Virus genome (UHGV): UHGV-0165226
Reading direction: 5' to 3' (one strand)
Length of the DNA stretch: 35,880 nucleotides
From: a virus
The notes beneath the pieces are model-generated. The model searched no databases. It was given only the letters and a program-made list of their open reading frames with translations, and was not told the origin of the DNA. Position 1 is the first letter of the stretch. Each line of letters starts with the position of its first letter. Of this stretch, positions 25,641 through 34,733 are shown piece after piece. Position numbers and translations under genes: made by a program.

Positions 25641-27058
25641 GCACAAAATTTTATACCCTGCTGACGGATATTGGTGCGGCGAAACTTGCCAGCGCCGCCG
25701 CGCTCGGTGTGCCTTTAAAAATTACCCATATGGCGGTAGGCGATGGCGGCGGAACATTGCCAACGCCGGACGCAAAGCAGACAGCATTAGTAAATGAGAA
25801 ACGCCGGGCTGCGCTGAATATGCTGTACATCGACCCGCAGAACAGCAGCCAGATTATTGCTGAACAGGTGATCCCTGAAAACGAGGGCGGTTGGTGGATA
25901 CGTGAAGTGGGCCTGTTTGATGAGTCCGGGGCATTGATTGCCGTGGGCAACTGCCCGGAAAGCTATAAGCCGCAACTGGCTGAAGGCAGCGGGCGTACCC
26001 AGACCGTGCGTATGGTGTTGATTACCAGCAGCACGGACAATATCACCCTGAAAATCGACCCTGCCGTAGTGCTGGCAACCCGCAAGTATGTGGATGACAA
26101 GGCACTGGAGCTGAAGGTGTACGTGGATGACCTGATGGCAAAACATCTTGCCGCACCGGACCCGCATTCACAGTATGCACCCAAAGAAAGTCCGACGTTT
26201 ACCGGAACCCCCAAAGCGCCAACGCCAGCGGCGGGAAATAACACCACGCGGATTGCGACCACTGAGTTTGTTCAGGCCGCTATTACCGCTCTGATTAACG
26301 GTGCGCCAGCCACGCTGGACACACTGAAAGAAATTGCCGCAGCCATTAACAATGACCCGAAATTCAGCACCACCATTAACAATGCGCTGGCACTGAAAGC
26401 TCCGCTGTCGAGTCCCGCACTTACCGGAACGCCAACAGCACCTACTGCGGCACAGTCGGTCAACAATACACAGATTGCCACCACGGCTTTTGTGAAATCA
26501 GCAATTGCGGCAATGGTGGGTTCTGCCCCTGCGGCACTGGATACACTGAATGAACTGGCGGCGGCGCTGGGGAATGACCCTAACTTTTCAACAACAGTGC
26601 TTAATGCACTGGCAGGCAAACAACCGCTGGACAATACGCTGACTAATTTGAGTGGAAAGGATGTTGCCGGTCTTCTCGCATACCTTGGTTTGGGAGAAGC
26701 GGCAAAACGGGACGTGGGAACAGGGGAAAATCAGATACCGGATATGGTTTCATTTAGTGGTGTGAGGGATTTTTATGGAAAACAACTTTTGCCAGGAGGG
26801 TTGATACTCCAGTGGCTGACGATTCCATCAAGTGCAGCAGTCAAAGCTGTAACACTGGATAATGGTAATTATCAGCTGTCAGGCTATAAATGGCCCCAGT
26901 CATTTGGTGTCCTGTTTGCTGTGTTTGCCACAAAAGTTTCTGGCTCGACTAACGAAGCATACGCAATCTCAGTTAATCGTCACTCTACCGATGTAATTGT
27001 CACCTGGAATGCCCGTAAGGCTGATGATGTCCATATTTTAGGAATTGGGAAATTATGA
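25637..27058 (+). CDS. H: Tail fibre protein (P2 gpH-like); the C-terminal portion from about 26686 lies inside the invertible segment
   Basis: 473 aa; conserved gpH N-terminus ([18 protein letters not shown]...), then variable repeats. The reading frame continues across the left crossover site. Confidence 0.9.
   Translation: MSTKFYTLLTDIGAAKLASAAALGVPLKITHMAVGDGGGTLPTPDAKQTALVNEKRRAALNMLYIDPQNSSQIIAEQVIPENEGGWWIREVGLFDESGALIAVGNCPESYKPQLAEGSGRTQTVRMVLITSSTDNITLKIDPAVVLATRKYVDDKALELKVYVDDLMAKHLAAPDPHSQYAPKESPTFTGTPKAPTPAAGNNTTRIATTEFVQAAITALINGAPATLDTLKEIAAAINNDPKFSTTINNALALKAPLSSPALTGTPTAPTAAQSVNNTQIATTAFVKSAIAAMVGSAPAALDTLNELAAALGNDPNFSTTVLNALAGKQPLDNTLTNLSGKDVAGLLAYLGLGEAAKRDVGTGENQIPDMVSFSGVRDFYGKQLLPGGLILQWLTIPSSAAVKAVTLDNGNYQLSGYKWPQSFGVLFAVFATKVSGSTNEAYAISVNRHSTDVIVTWNARKADDVHILGIGKL
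26685..26709. repeat. Left 25-bp inverted repeat and crossover site of the invertible tail-fibre segment
   Basis: TTGGTTTGGGAGAAGCGGCAAAACG; its exact reverse complement is at 28193..28217. The outer edge resembles a Hin/Gin hix/gix-like site. Confidence 0.8.
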
Positions 27059-27474
27059 AAATGAAATGGTCCCCATCTGTTCAGGGATTTTTCTCTGAAA
27101 ACAACAGCGATATTCCCGATGATGCTTTCGATATTGAAGATGCTCTTTATTATGAACTTATGAATGGTCAGAGTACGGGGAAAATTATTATCAATAGCCC
27201 GGATAACTACCCTGTACTTACTGAATATCCAGCGAAGACACATGAGCAGGAAATAGCTGAAGCGGAGGGAATGAAAAATATACTTATTGAACAGGCCAAC
27301 GATTATATGAACAGTAAACAATGGCCTGGTAAAGCGGCTATTGGCCGGCTGAAAGGTGAGGAACTGGCACAATATAATTTGTGGCTGGATTACCTAGACG
27401 CACTGGAACTGGTCGATACTTCCGGTGCGCCAGATATTGAATGGCCTACACCTCCGGTAACTCAGGCCAGCTAA
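27055..27474 (+). CDS. Tail fibre assembly protein (Tfa, gpG-like), current-orientation copy
   Basis: 139 aa directly after H; C-terminus ...[15 protein letters not shown] is a conserved Tfa motif and resembles the C-terminus of the opposite-strand copy. Confidence 0.85.
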   Translation: MKMKWSPSVQGFFSENNSDIPDDAFDIEDALYYELMNGQSTGKIIINSPDNYPVLTEYPAKTHEQEIAEAEGMKNILIEQANDYMNSKQWPGKAAIGRLKGEELAQYNLWLDYLDALELVDTSGAPDIEWPTPPVTQAS

Positions 27475-27841
27475 TCTCAGGAGCCGTCGAAGTGTCGACG
27501 GCTTTTACTTCTTTTTTGTAGTCCATCCAGGCAGATAGTTTTTCTTTATCTGTACTGCTGATATCACCAAGCATTAATTCCACCCGCCAGTCAGCTGTGA
27601 CATTATCGGCATGAGCAAGTAACTGCATTCGCTGATTTTCAGCACGTGCGACATAATCAATCGCCGGAGATTTCAGTACCGGTAAACCATTTTCATCTGA
27701 CGTGATTAATTTCCCCCCTTCCTGCTGTCCGGCAATTAATTCATTGTATAAGTCTGTACTTATCTCAACAATGTCAGCAGGCATGTCGCTGTTTATACCA
27801 TCAAAGAAAAAACCATTAGTCGATTTTGAGAAATAAATCAT
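27446..27841 (-). CDS. Alternative tail fibre assembly protein (Tfa'), expressed after inversion
   Basis: ATG at 27841 (minus); about 131 aa; C-terminus ...[17 protein letters not shown]; its 3' end overlaps the 3' end of tfa by 29 bp. Confidence 0.75.
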   Translation of the reverse strand: MIYFSKSTNGFFFDGINSDMPADIVEISTDLYNELIAGQQEGGKLITSDENGLPVLKSPAIDYVARAENQRMQLLAHADNVTADWRVELMLGDISSTDKEKLSAWMDYKKEVKAVDTSTAPEISWPELPEV

Positions 27842-27849
27842 AGATATAC

Positions 27850-28215
27850 CTATACACCGATTGCTACCCAAAAACAGGACCTTTCATATTTGACAATTTC
27901 TCCCTGAGATATACCGCCAACAATTATATAGAACTGTGATTTGCTGATATCAGAACAGTTCGCTATGCCCATTGCAGATATACCAGCCACCGACGTTGTA
28001 TGTGGCACAGCCAACAGCGCAAGTGAACGATTTGGGAATGTTACCGGGTAAGTCACCGTATAGTTTGATGCTCCACTGACAATACCCCACTGAATAATCA
28101 GACCTGAAGGGAGTTTTTGAAAACCCGTTGATGAAAGTGAACTGGCAAACGCCGCCATATCCGGAATTTGGTTTTGCTCGTTACCCACATTTCGTTTTGC
28201 CGCTTCTCCCAAACC
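27850..28215 (-). CDS. Alternative tail-fibre C-terminal exon (H' variable part), no own start
   Basis: Minus-strand ORF encoding [20 protein letters not shown]..., which parallels [20 protein letters not shown] in H. It is in frame across the right inverted repeat, so inversion would fuse it to the constant part of H. Confidence 0.7.
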   Translation of the reverse strand, partial: GLGEAAKRNVGNEQNQIPDMAAFASSLSSTGFQKLPSGLIIQWGIVSGASNYTVTYPVTFPNRSLALLAVPHTTSVAGISAMGIANCSDISKSQFYIIVGGISQGEIVKYERSCFWVAIGV

Positions 28216-28217
28216 AA
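28193..28217. repeat. Right 25-bp inverted repeat and crossover site of the invertible segment
   Basis: CGTTTTGCCGCTTCTCCCAAACCAA, exact reverse complement of 26685..26709; adjacent AAACCAACGTTTATGAAAA resembles a hix/gix half-site arrangement. Confidence 0.8.
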
Positions 28218-28284
28218 CGTTTATGAAAATGCAGAGATAATGGCTAACTGGCATCATCCCCGGTTTTTATTCAGGGGGATGATC

Positions 28285-28851
28285 ATGCTTATTGGCTATG
28301 TGCGCGTGTCAACAAATGACCAGAACACCGATTTGCAACGTAATGCACTGAACTGCGCGGGATGTGAGCGGATTTTTGAGGATAAAATCAGTGGCACTAA
28401 GTCCGACAGACCAGGGTTGAAAAAACTGCTCAGGACACTATCGGCAGGAGACACGCTGGTTGTCTGGAAGCTGGACAGGTTGGGGCGCAGTATGCGGCAT
28501 CTTGTTACGCTGATAGAAGAGTTGCGTCAGCGAGGCGTGAATTTCCGAAGCCTGACTGACAGTATTGATACCAGCACCCCAATGGGCCGTTTCTTTTTTC
28601 ATGTCATGGGTGCCCTGGCTGAAATGGAACGCGAACTGATAGTTGAACGTACCAGGGCAGGGCTGGCTGCAGCTCGTGCCAAAGGCAGAGTAGGTGGACG
28701 CCGTCCTAAGTTGACCACCGAACAGTGGGCACAGATTGGGCGTTTACTCGAGGCCGGAGAATCAAGACAGCGTATTGCACTGATTTTTGATGTAGGCGTT
28801 TCTACCATTTATAGAAAATTTCCGGCAAATAAGAGCAATGAATCTCCCTGA
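28285..28851 (+). CDS. Serine recombinase, DNA invertase (Hin/Gin/Cin/Pin family)
   Basis: ATG at 28285; 188 aa; near-identical in pattern to Hin (IGYVRVSTNDQNTDLQRNAL...LVVWKLDRLGRS...GRFFFHVMGALAEMERELIVERT...VSTIYRKFPA). Sits right next to the inverted repeats. Confidence 0.92.
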   Translation: MLIGYVRVSTNDQNTDLQRNALNCAGCERIFEDKISGTKSDRPGLKKLLRTLSAGDTLVVWKLDRLGRSMRHLVTLIEELRQRGVNFRSLTDSIDTSTPMGRFFFHVMGALAEMERELIVERTRAGLAAARAKGRVGGRRPKLTTEQWAQIGRLLEAGESRQRIALIFDVGVSTIYRKFPANKSNESP

Positions 28852-28898
28852 ATCAGCATTATTTTGATTATCCCTGCAGCAGACAAATACCGTCATTT

Positions 28899-28916
28899 TG
28901 TGTGAATAACGGTACA
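28899..28916 (+). promoter_or_regulatory. Ogr/Delta-type late promoter element (TGT-N12-ACA) upstream of FI
   Basis: TGTGTGAATAACGGTACA, closely resembling the P/O element (TGTGTG...CGGTACA). Confidence 0.45.
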
Positions 28917-28992
28917 ACTGCGCTTAGCTGTTTGTCAGGCACAATCACTTCAACATAGGGCGAAGCCTAATCCAATCAGGAGGTTCGCCACT

Positions 28993-30165
28993 ATGGCTCA
29001 GGATTACCACCACGGGGTGCGCGTTGTTGAAGTCAACGAAGGCACCCGATCCATTACCACGGTGAGCACCGCCATCGTGGGTATGGTCTGCACGGGCGAT
29101 GATGCCGATGCAAAAATGTTTCCTCTTAATAAACCCGTGCTGATCACTGATGTGCTGACTGCCAGCGGTAAAGCGGGTGAGTCCGGTACGCTGGCCCGTT
29201 CGCTGGACGCCATCGCTGACCAGGCAAAACCCGTGACCGTTGTTGTGCGTGTGCCGCAGGGTGAAACGGAAGAAGAAACCACGACCAATATCATCGGCGC
29301 AGTGACTGCTGAAGGTAAAAAAACAGGCATGAAAGCCCTGTTATCTGCCCAGTCACAGCTCGGCGTTAAACCGCGCATTCTCGGCGTGCCAGGTCACGAC
29401 ACGAAGGCGGTAGCTACTGAGTTGCTGAGCGTGGCGCAAAGCCTGCGTGGGTTTGCTTACCTGTCAGCGTATGGTTGCAAGACGGTGCAGGAAGCAATCA
29501 CTTACCGTGAAAACTTCAGTCAGCGTGAAGGAATGCTGATCTGGCCCGACTTTACTGGCTGGGACACGGTGCTGAATGCCGAAGCAACGGCTTATGCCAC
29601 CGCCCGTGCGCTCGGTCTGCGCGCCAAAATTGATGAGCAGACCGGATGGCACAAAAGCCTGTCCAACGTGGGCGTGAACGGTGTCACCGGAATTTCTGCT
29701 GATGTGTTCTGGGATCTGCAGGACCCGGCAACCGATGCAGGTCTGCTGAACCAGAACGACGTCACCACGCTTGTGCGCAAGGATGGTTTCCGCTTCTGGG
29801 GTTCCCGCTGTCTGAGCGATGATCCGCTTTTTGCTTTCGAAAACTACACCCGCACGGCGCAGGTGCTGACGGACACGATGGCAGAAGCACACATGTGGGC
29901 GGTGGACAAACCGCTGAACCCGTCGCTGGCCCGCGACATTATCGAAGGTATCCGCGCCAAAATGCGCAGCCTGGTCAGTCAGGGCTATCTCATTGGTGGT
30001 GATTGCTGGCTGGACGAGTCGGTGAACGACAAAGACACGCTTAAAGCCGGAAAACTCACCATCGACTACGACTACACGCCAGTGCCGCCACTTGAAAATC
30101 TGATGCTGCGCCAGCGCATCACCGATCAGTACCTGGTGAATTTCGCCAGCCAGGTCAGCGCGTAA
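28993..30165 (+). CDS. FI: Tail sheath protein (P2 gpFI)
   Basis: 390 aa (P2 FI is about 396); AGGAGG upstream; sheath-like sequence. Confidence 0.93.
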   Translation: MAQDYHHGVRVVEVNEGTRSITTVSTAIVGMVCTGDDADAKMFPLNKPVLITDVLTASGKAGESGTLARSLDAIADQAKPVTVVVRVPQGETEEETTTNIIGAVTAEGKKTGMKALLSAQSQLGVKPRILGVPGHDTKAVATELLSVAQSLRGFAYLSAYGCKTVQEAITYRENFSQREGMLIWPDFTGWDTVLNAEATAYATARALGLRAKIDEQTGWHKSLSNVGVNGVTGISADVFWDLQDPATDAGLLNQNDVTTLVRKDGFRFWGSRCLSDDPLFAFENYTRTAQVLTDTMAEAHMWAVDKPLNPSLARDIIEGIRAKMRSLVSQGYLIGGDCWLDESVNDKDTLKAGKLTIDYDYTPVPPLENLMLRQRITDQYLVNFASQVSA

Positions 30166-30174
30166 GGGGACAAC

Positions 30175-30690
30175 ATGGCTTTACCACGCAAATTAAAACA
30201 TCTGAACCTGTTTAACGACGGGAACAACTGGCAGGGAATCGTTGAGTCGCTGACGCTGCCGAAATTCACCCGCAAATATGAGAAGTATCGCGGCGGCGGT
30301 ATGCCGGGGGCGGTGGATGTGGATCTGGGACTGGATGACAGTGCACTGGATACAGAATTTTCTATTGGTGGTACCGAACTGCTGCTGTTTAAGCAGATGG
30401 GCAAATCCACGGTGGATGGCATCCAGTTGCGCTTTACCGGCTCTATCCAGCGTGACGATACCGGGGAAGTGCAGGCCGTGGAGCTTGTGGTGCGTGGACG
30501 TCACAAAGAAGTGGATTCCGGCGAGTGGAAGACGGGCGAAAGCAACACCACCAAAGTGACCAGTACCAACAGCTACGCGAAGCTGACCATCAATGGTGAG
30601 GTGCTCTATGAAGTGGACCTTATCAACATGGTGGAAATTGTGGACGGTGTGGACCTGATGGAAGCGCACCGCAACGCCCTCGGCCTCTGA
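30175..30690 (+). CDS. FII: Tail tube protein (P2 gpFII)
   Basis: 171 aa (P2 FII is about 172), immediately after the sheath gene. Confidence 0.92.
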   Translation: MALPRKLKHLNLFNDGNNWQGIVESLTLPKFTRKYEKYRGGGMPGAVDVDLGLDDSALDTEFSIGGTELLLFKQMGKSTVDGIQLRFTGSIQRDDTGEVQAVELVVRGRHKEVDSGEWKTGESNTTKVTSTNSYAKLTINGEVLYEVDLINMVEIVDGVDLMEAHRNALGL

Positions 30691-30744
30691 TGTATCTGAA
30701 CGGCGCGGGATACCGCGCCAGAACCCAATTTACAGGACAACAAA

Positions 30745-31047
30745 ATGAGCGATAAGCAGACTGAAAAGACCATTCAACTGGATACCCCTATCAAGCGCGG
30801 TAAAACGGAAATCACCGAAATTGTGCTGCGTAAGCCGCAGTCCGGTGCGCTGCGCGGCACGCGCCTGCAGGCCATTATGGATATGGATGTGAACGCGATG
30901 ATGACCGTGATCCCCCGCATTTCCAGTCCGGTACTGACTGCACAGGAAATCGCAGAGATGGACCCGGCAGATCTCACCGCTATGTCGGTTGAGGTTGTCA
31001 CTTTTTTGTTGAAGAAGTCGGTGCTTGCCGGTTTACCGACAGCCTGA
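30745..31047 (+). CDS. E: Tail assembly chaperone (P2 gpE)
   Basis: 100-aa ORF between tube and tape measure; contains the slippery heptamer near its 3' end. Confidence 0.85.
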   Translation: MSDKQTEKTIQLDTPIKRGKTEITEIVLRKPQSGALRGTRLQAIMDMDVNAMMTVIPRISSPVLTAQEIAEMDPADLTAMSVEVVTFLLKKSVLAGLPTA

Positions 31048-31181
31048 CGGTTGACGATCTGGTGGCAGACATCGCCACCATTTTTCACTGGCCGCCATCC
31101 GTTACTGACGTTATGCCGCTGACCGAAGTGCTGGAATGGCGGTATAAAGCGATTCAGAGAAGCGGGGCCAACGATGAGTGA
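30745..31181 (+). CDS. gpE+E' fusion product made by programmed -1 frameshift
   Basis: After T_TTT_TTG (31002..31008) the -1 frame is open to a TGA at 31179..31181, adding about 58 aa and overlapping the start of T. Total about 146 aa (P2 E+E' is about 142). Confidence 0.6.
31002..31008 (+). other. Slippery heptanucleotide T_TTT_TTG (X_XXY_YYZ) for the E/E' -1 frameshift
   Basis: Read directly; phased X_XXY_YYZ in the E reading frame (codons ACT TTT TTG). Confidence 0.6.
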
Positions 31182-34100
31182 TAACAACCTGCGGCTGCAG
31201 GTCATTCTTAATGCGGTTGACAAACTCACCCGCCCATTCCGTGTTGCACAGGCCAGTTCGAAAGAGCTGGCTGGCGCAATCAGAAACTCCCGTGACGCAT
31301 TAAAGCAACTCAATCAGGCGGGTAATAGCCTGGAAAAATTTCGCAAGCTGCAGGCTGATAACAAGAAGTTAGGCGACAGGCTGAACTATGCCAGACAGAA
31401 GGCTAATTTGCTTAGCTCTGAGCTGGAGGCGATGGAACAACCATCACAACGGCACCTTGTGGCTTTAGGTCGGCAAACGCTGGCAGTCCAACGCCTGGAA
31501 GAACAGCAAAAATATTTGCAGAAGCAAACGGCGCTTGTGCGTGCAGAACTGTACCGGGCGGGAATTTCTGCGAAAGATGATGCGGGAGCAACTGCCCGTT
31601 TAGCCCGTGAAACATCACGTTATAACCAGGAATTGTCGAAACAGGAGGCGCGGCTGAAGCGACTGGGTGAAGCTCAGCGCAGGATGAATGCGGCGCGTGC
31701 CAGTTATGCCCGTTCGCTGGAGGTGCGCGATCGTATTGCAGGAGCCGGAGCCACTACCACGGCTGCAGGGCTGGCAATGGGGACGCCAGTGATGGCGGCA
31801 GTAAAAAGCTATACCAGCATGGAAGATGCCATGAAAGGTGTGGCAAAGCAGGTCAATGGTCTGCGTGACGATAATGGAAACCGTACTGCACGTTTTTATG
31901 AAATGCAGGATGCCATCAAGGCTGCCAGCGAACAGTTGCCGATGGAAAACGGTGCGGTGGACTTCGCTGCACTGGTTGAAGGTGGTGCGCGCATGAACGT
32001 CGCAAACCCTGACGACAGCTGGGAAGACCAGAAACGTGACCTGCTGGCCTTCGCCAGTACGGCAGCAAAGGCGGCAACAGCCTTTGAGCTGCCAGCGGAT
32101 GAACTGTCAGAAAGTCTGGGGAAAATCGCCCAGCTCTACAAAATACCTACCCGCAATATTGAACAGCTCGGCGATGCGCTGAACTATCTGGATGATAACG
32201 CCATGTCGAAAGGGGCGGACATCATTGATGTGATGCAACGTCTGGGCGGTGTGGCTGACCGTCTGGATTATCGTAAAGCGGCGGCACTGGGTTCCACCTT
32301 TCTGACACTGGGCGCTGCGCCGGAGGTTGCAGCCAGTGCAGCAAACGCGATGGTGCGTGAATTGTCCATTGCCACCATGCAAAGCAAGAGTTTCTTTGAA
32401 GGGATGAATCTGCTGAAACTCAATCCTGAAGTGATTGAAAAGCAGATGACGAAGGATGCGATGGGAACTATCCAGCGTGTGCTGGAGAAGGTGAACGCAC
32501 TGCCGCAGGACAAGCGTCTGTCTGCCATGACCATGTTGTTTGGTAAAGAGTTTGGCGATGACGCGGCGAAACTGGCAAACAACCTGCCGGAACTACAGCG
32601 CCAGCTAAAACTGACAGCGGGCAATGATGCGCTCGGTTCCATGCAGAAAGAATCCGACATCAACAAGGACTCACTTTCTGCTCAGTGGTTGCTGGTTAAA
32701 ACCGGAGCGCAGAATACCTTCAGCAGCCTGGGCGAAACGCTGCGCCAGCCGCTGATGGATATTCTGTACACGGTGAAAAGCATCACGGGGGCGTTGCGCC
32801 GCTGGGTGGAAGCTAACCCGGAACTGACAGGCACACTGATGAAAGTAGCCGCTGTGGTGGCTGCGGTTACCGTAGGCCTCGGCACCTTAGCGGTGGCGCT
32901 GGCTGCAGTGCTGGGGCCGCTGGCAGTGATCCGTCTGGGATTCTCTGTGCTGGGTATCAAAACGTTACCTTCCGTTACGGCAGCAGTAACTCGAACCAGC
33001 AGCGCGTTGTCCTGGCTGGCTGGCGCACCACTGGCACTGCTGCGACGCGGGCTTGCTTCATCGGGCAACGCCGCAGGTTTACTTACTGCGCCGTTGTCGT
33101 CTTTGCGCCGCACGGCATCACTGACGGGAAATGTCCTGAAAACTGTAGCAGGTGCGCCGGTTGCACTTTTGCGGTCTGGATTATCCGGTTTACGTGCTGT
33201 TGCTGTGATGTTTATGAATCCTCTGGCGGTACTGCGCGGTGGACTGGTCGCCGCAGGCACGGTGCTGCGAGTACTGGCATCTGGTCCACTGGCGATGCTG
33301 CGCGTTGCGCTGTATGCCGTATCTGGTCTGTTAGGTGCTCTGCTCAGTCCGATAGGTCTTGTGGTTACTGCACTGACGGGTGTGGCGCTGGTTGTCTGGA
33401 AATACTGGCAACCCATCACCGCATTTCTCGGTGGCGTGGTGGAAGGATTCAAAGCGTCGGCAGGTCCCATCAGTGCTGCATTCGAACCACTTAAGCCTGT
33501 GTTTCAGTGGGTTGGCGACAAAGTGCAGGCGTTGTGGGGTTGGTTTACTGATCTGCTGACGCCTGTTAAGTCGACCTCTGCTGAACTGCAGAGCGCAGCG
33601 GCAATGGGGCGACGATTCGGGGAGGCTCTGGCGGAGGGGCTGAATATGGTCATGCATCCGCTGGACTCCCTGAAATCCGGTGTTTCCTGGTTGCTGGATA
33701 AACTCGGCATTGTCAGTAAAGAAGCTGCAAAGGCGAAACTGCCGGAAAGCGTGACGCGTCAGCAACCTGCGACGGTGAATGCAGACGGTAAAGTGATGAT
33801 GCCATCGGGTGGTTTTCCATCATGGGGATATGGCTTTGCGGGGATGTATGACAGCGGCGGCTATATCCCGCGCGGGCAGTTTGGCATCGTCGGTGAAAAC
33901 GGGCCGGAAATTGTTAACGGCCCGGCAAATGTGACCAGCCGGAGAAATACAGCTGCACTGGCTGCCATTGTTGCCGGAATGATGGGCGTTGCTGCCGCGC
34001 CTGCAGAGCTTCCACCGTTGCATCCTTTGGCGCTTCCCGCGAAAGGTGGTGAAGCGATGATGAGTCGCGCAGCCACTGTGCCGCCAGTTCAACGGATTGA

Positions 34101-34251
34101 GGCACCGACGCAGATCATCATCCAGACGCAGCCAGGACAAAGTGCTCAGGATATTGCGCGGGAGGTGGCACGCCAGCTTGATGAACGTGAACGCAGGCTG
34201 AAGGCAAAAGCCAGGAGTAACTACAGCGATCAGGGGGGATACGACGCATGA
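31174..34251 (+). CDS. T: Tail tape measure protein (P2 gpT)
   Basis: 1025 aa; coiled-coil N-terminal half, hydrophobic Gly/Ala-rich central repeats; follows E/E'. Confidence 0.92.
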   Translation: MSDNNLRLQVILNAVDKLTRPFRVAQASSKELAGAIRNSRDALKQLNQAGNSLEKFRKLQADNKKLGDRLNYARQKANLLSSELEAMEQPSQRHLVALGRQTLAVQRLEEQQKYLQKQTALVRAELYRAGISAKDDAGATARLARETSRYNQELSKQEARLKRLGEAQRRMNAARASYARSLEVRDRIAGAGATTTAAGLAMGTPVMAAVKSYTSMEDAMKGVAKQVNGLRDDNGNRTARFYEMQDAIKAASEQLPMENGAVDFAALVEGGARMNVANPDDSWEDQKRDLLAFASTAAKAATAFELPADELSESLGKIAQLYKIPTRNIEQLGDALNYLDDNAMSKGADIIDVMQRLGGVADRLDYRKAAALGSTFLTLGAAPEVAASAANAMVRELSIATMQSKSFFEGMNLLKLNPEVIEKQMTKDAMGTIQRVLEKVNALPQDKRLSAMTMLFGKEFGDDAAKLANNLPELQRQLKLTAGNDALGSMQKESDINKDSLSAQWLLVKTGAQNTFSSLGETLRQPLMDILYTVKSITGALRRWVEANPELTGTLMKVAAVVAAVTVGLGTLAVALAAVLGPLAVIRLGFSVLGIKTLPSVTAAVTRTSSALSWLAGAPLALLRRGLASSGNAAGLLTAPLSSLRRTASLTGNVLKTVAGAPVALLRSGLSGLRAVAVMFMNPLAVLRGGLVAAGTVLRVLASGPLAMLRVALYAVSGLLGALLSPIGLVVTALTGVALVVWKYWQPITAFLGGVVEGFKASAGPISAAFEPLKPVFQWVGDKVQALWGWFTDLLTPVKSTSAELQSAAAMGRRFGEALAEGLNMVMHPLDSLKSGVSWLLDKLGIVSKEAAKAKLPESVTRQQPATVNADGKVMMPSGGFPSWGYGFAGMYDSGGYIPRGQFGIVGENGPEIVNGPANVTSRRNTAALAAIVAGMMGVAAAPAELPPLHPLALPAKGGEAMMSRAATVPPVQRIEAPTQIIIQTQPGQSAQDIAREVARQLDERERRLKAKARSNYSDQGGYDA

Positions 34252-34733
34252 TGATGGTGCTGGGATTGTACGTGTTTATGCTGCGCACCGTTCCGTATCA
34301 GGAACTGCAGTATCAACGCAGCTGGCGACATGCGGCAAACAGCCGGGTAAACCGACGTCCGTCCACGCAGTTTCTGGGACCGGACAACGACATGCTGACG
34401 CTTTCCGGTGTTCTTATGCCGGAGATAACAGGTGGCAGGCTGTCGTTGCTGGCACTGGAGCAGATGGCAGAACAGGGGAAAGCATGGCCTCTGATTGAAG
34501 GCAGCGGCACGATTTACGGCATGTATGTGATTGAGGGACTGAATCAGACTAAAACGGAGTTTTTCCGCGACGGTATGCCGCGCCGGATTGAGTTCACCCT
34601 GTCGCTCAAACGGGTGGATGAATCCCTGTCCGATATGTTCGGTGATCTCAGTGCGCAGCTGAATAATCTGCAGGACACGGCAACATCTGCATTAAGCGAT
34701 ATCAGTAAAACGGTGGGAGGGCTGCTGTCGTGA
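34248..34733 (+). CDS. U: Tail protein U (P2 gpU)
   Basis: 161 aa (P2 gpU is about 159); translationally coupled to T and D. Confidence 0.88.
   Translation: MMMVLGLYVFMLRTVPYQELQYQRSWRHAANSRVNRRPSTQFLGPDNDMLTLSGVLMPEITGGRLSLLALEQMAEQGKAWPLIEGSGTIYGMYVIEGLNQTKTEFFRDGMPRRIEFTLSLKRVDESLSDMFGDLSAQLNNLQDTATSALSDISKTVGGLLS

Noticed and set aside
27850-28257. Track ORF 27850..28257 as an independent gene with its own start
   Set aside because: Its N-terminal 14 codons lie outside the inverted repeat and merely read through. The real product would be a fusion to the constant part of H after inversion.
32682-33470. 262-aa minus-strand ORF inside the tape-measure gene
   Set aside because: Antisense to the Ala/Gly-rich repeat region of T, which naturally lacks stops on the opposite strand. 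Similar antisense ORFs at 16749..17838, 18205..18896 and 25065..25646 are rejected for the same reason.
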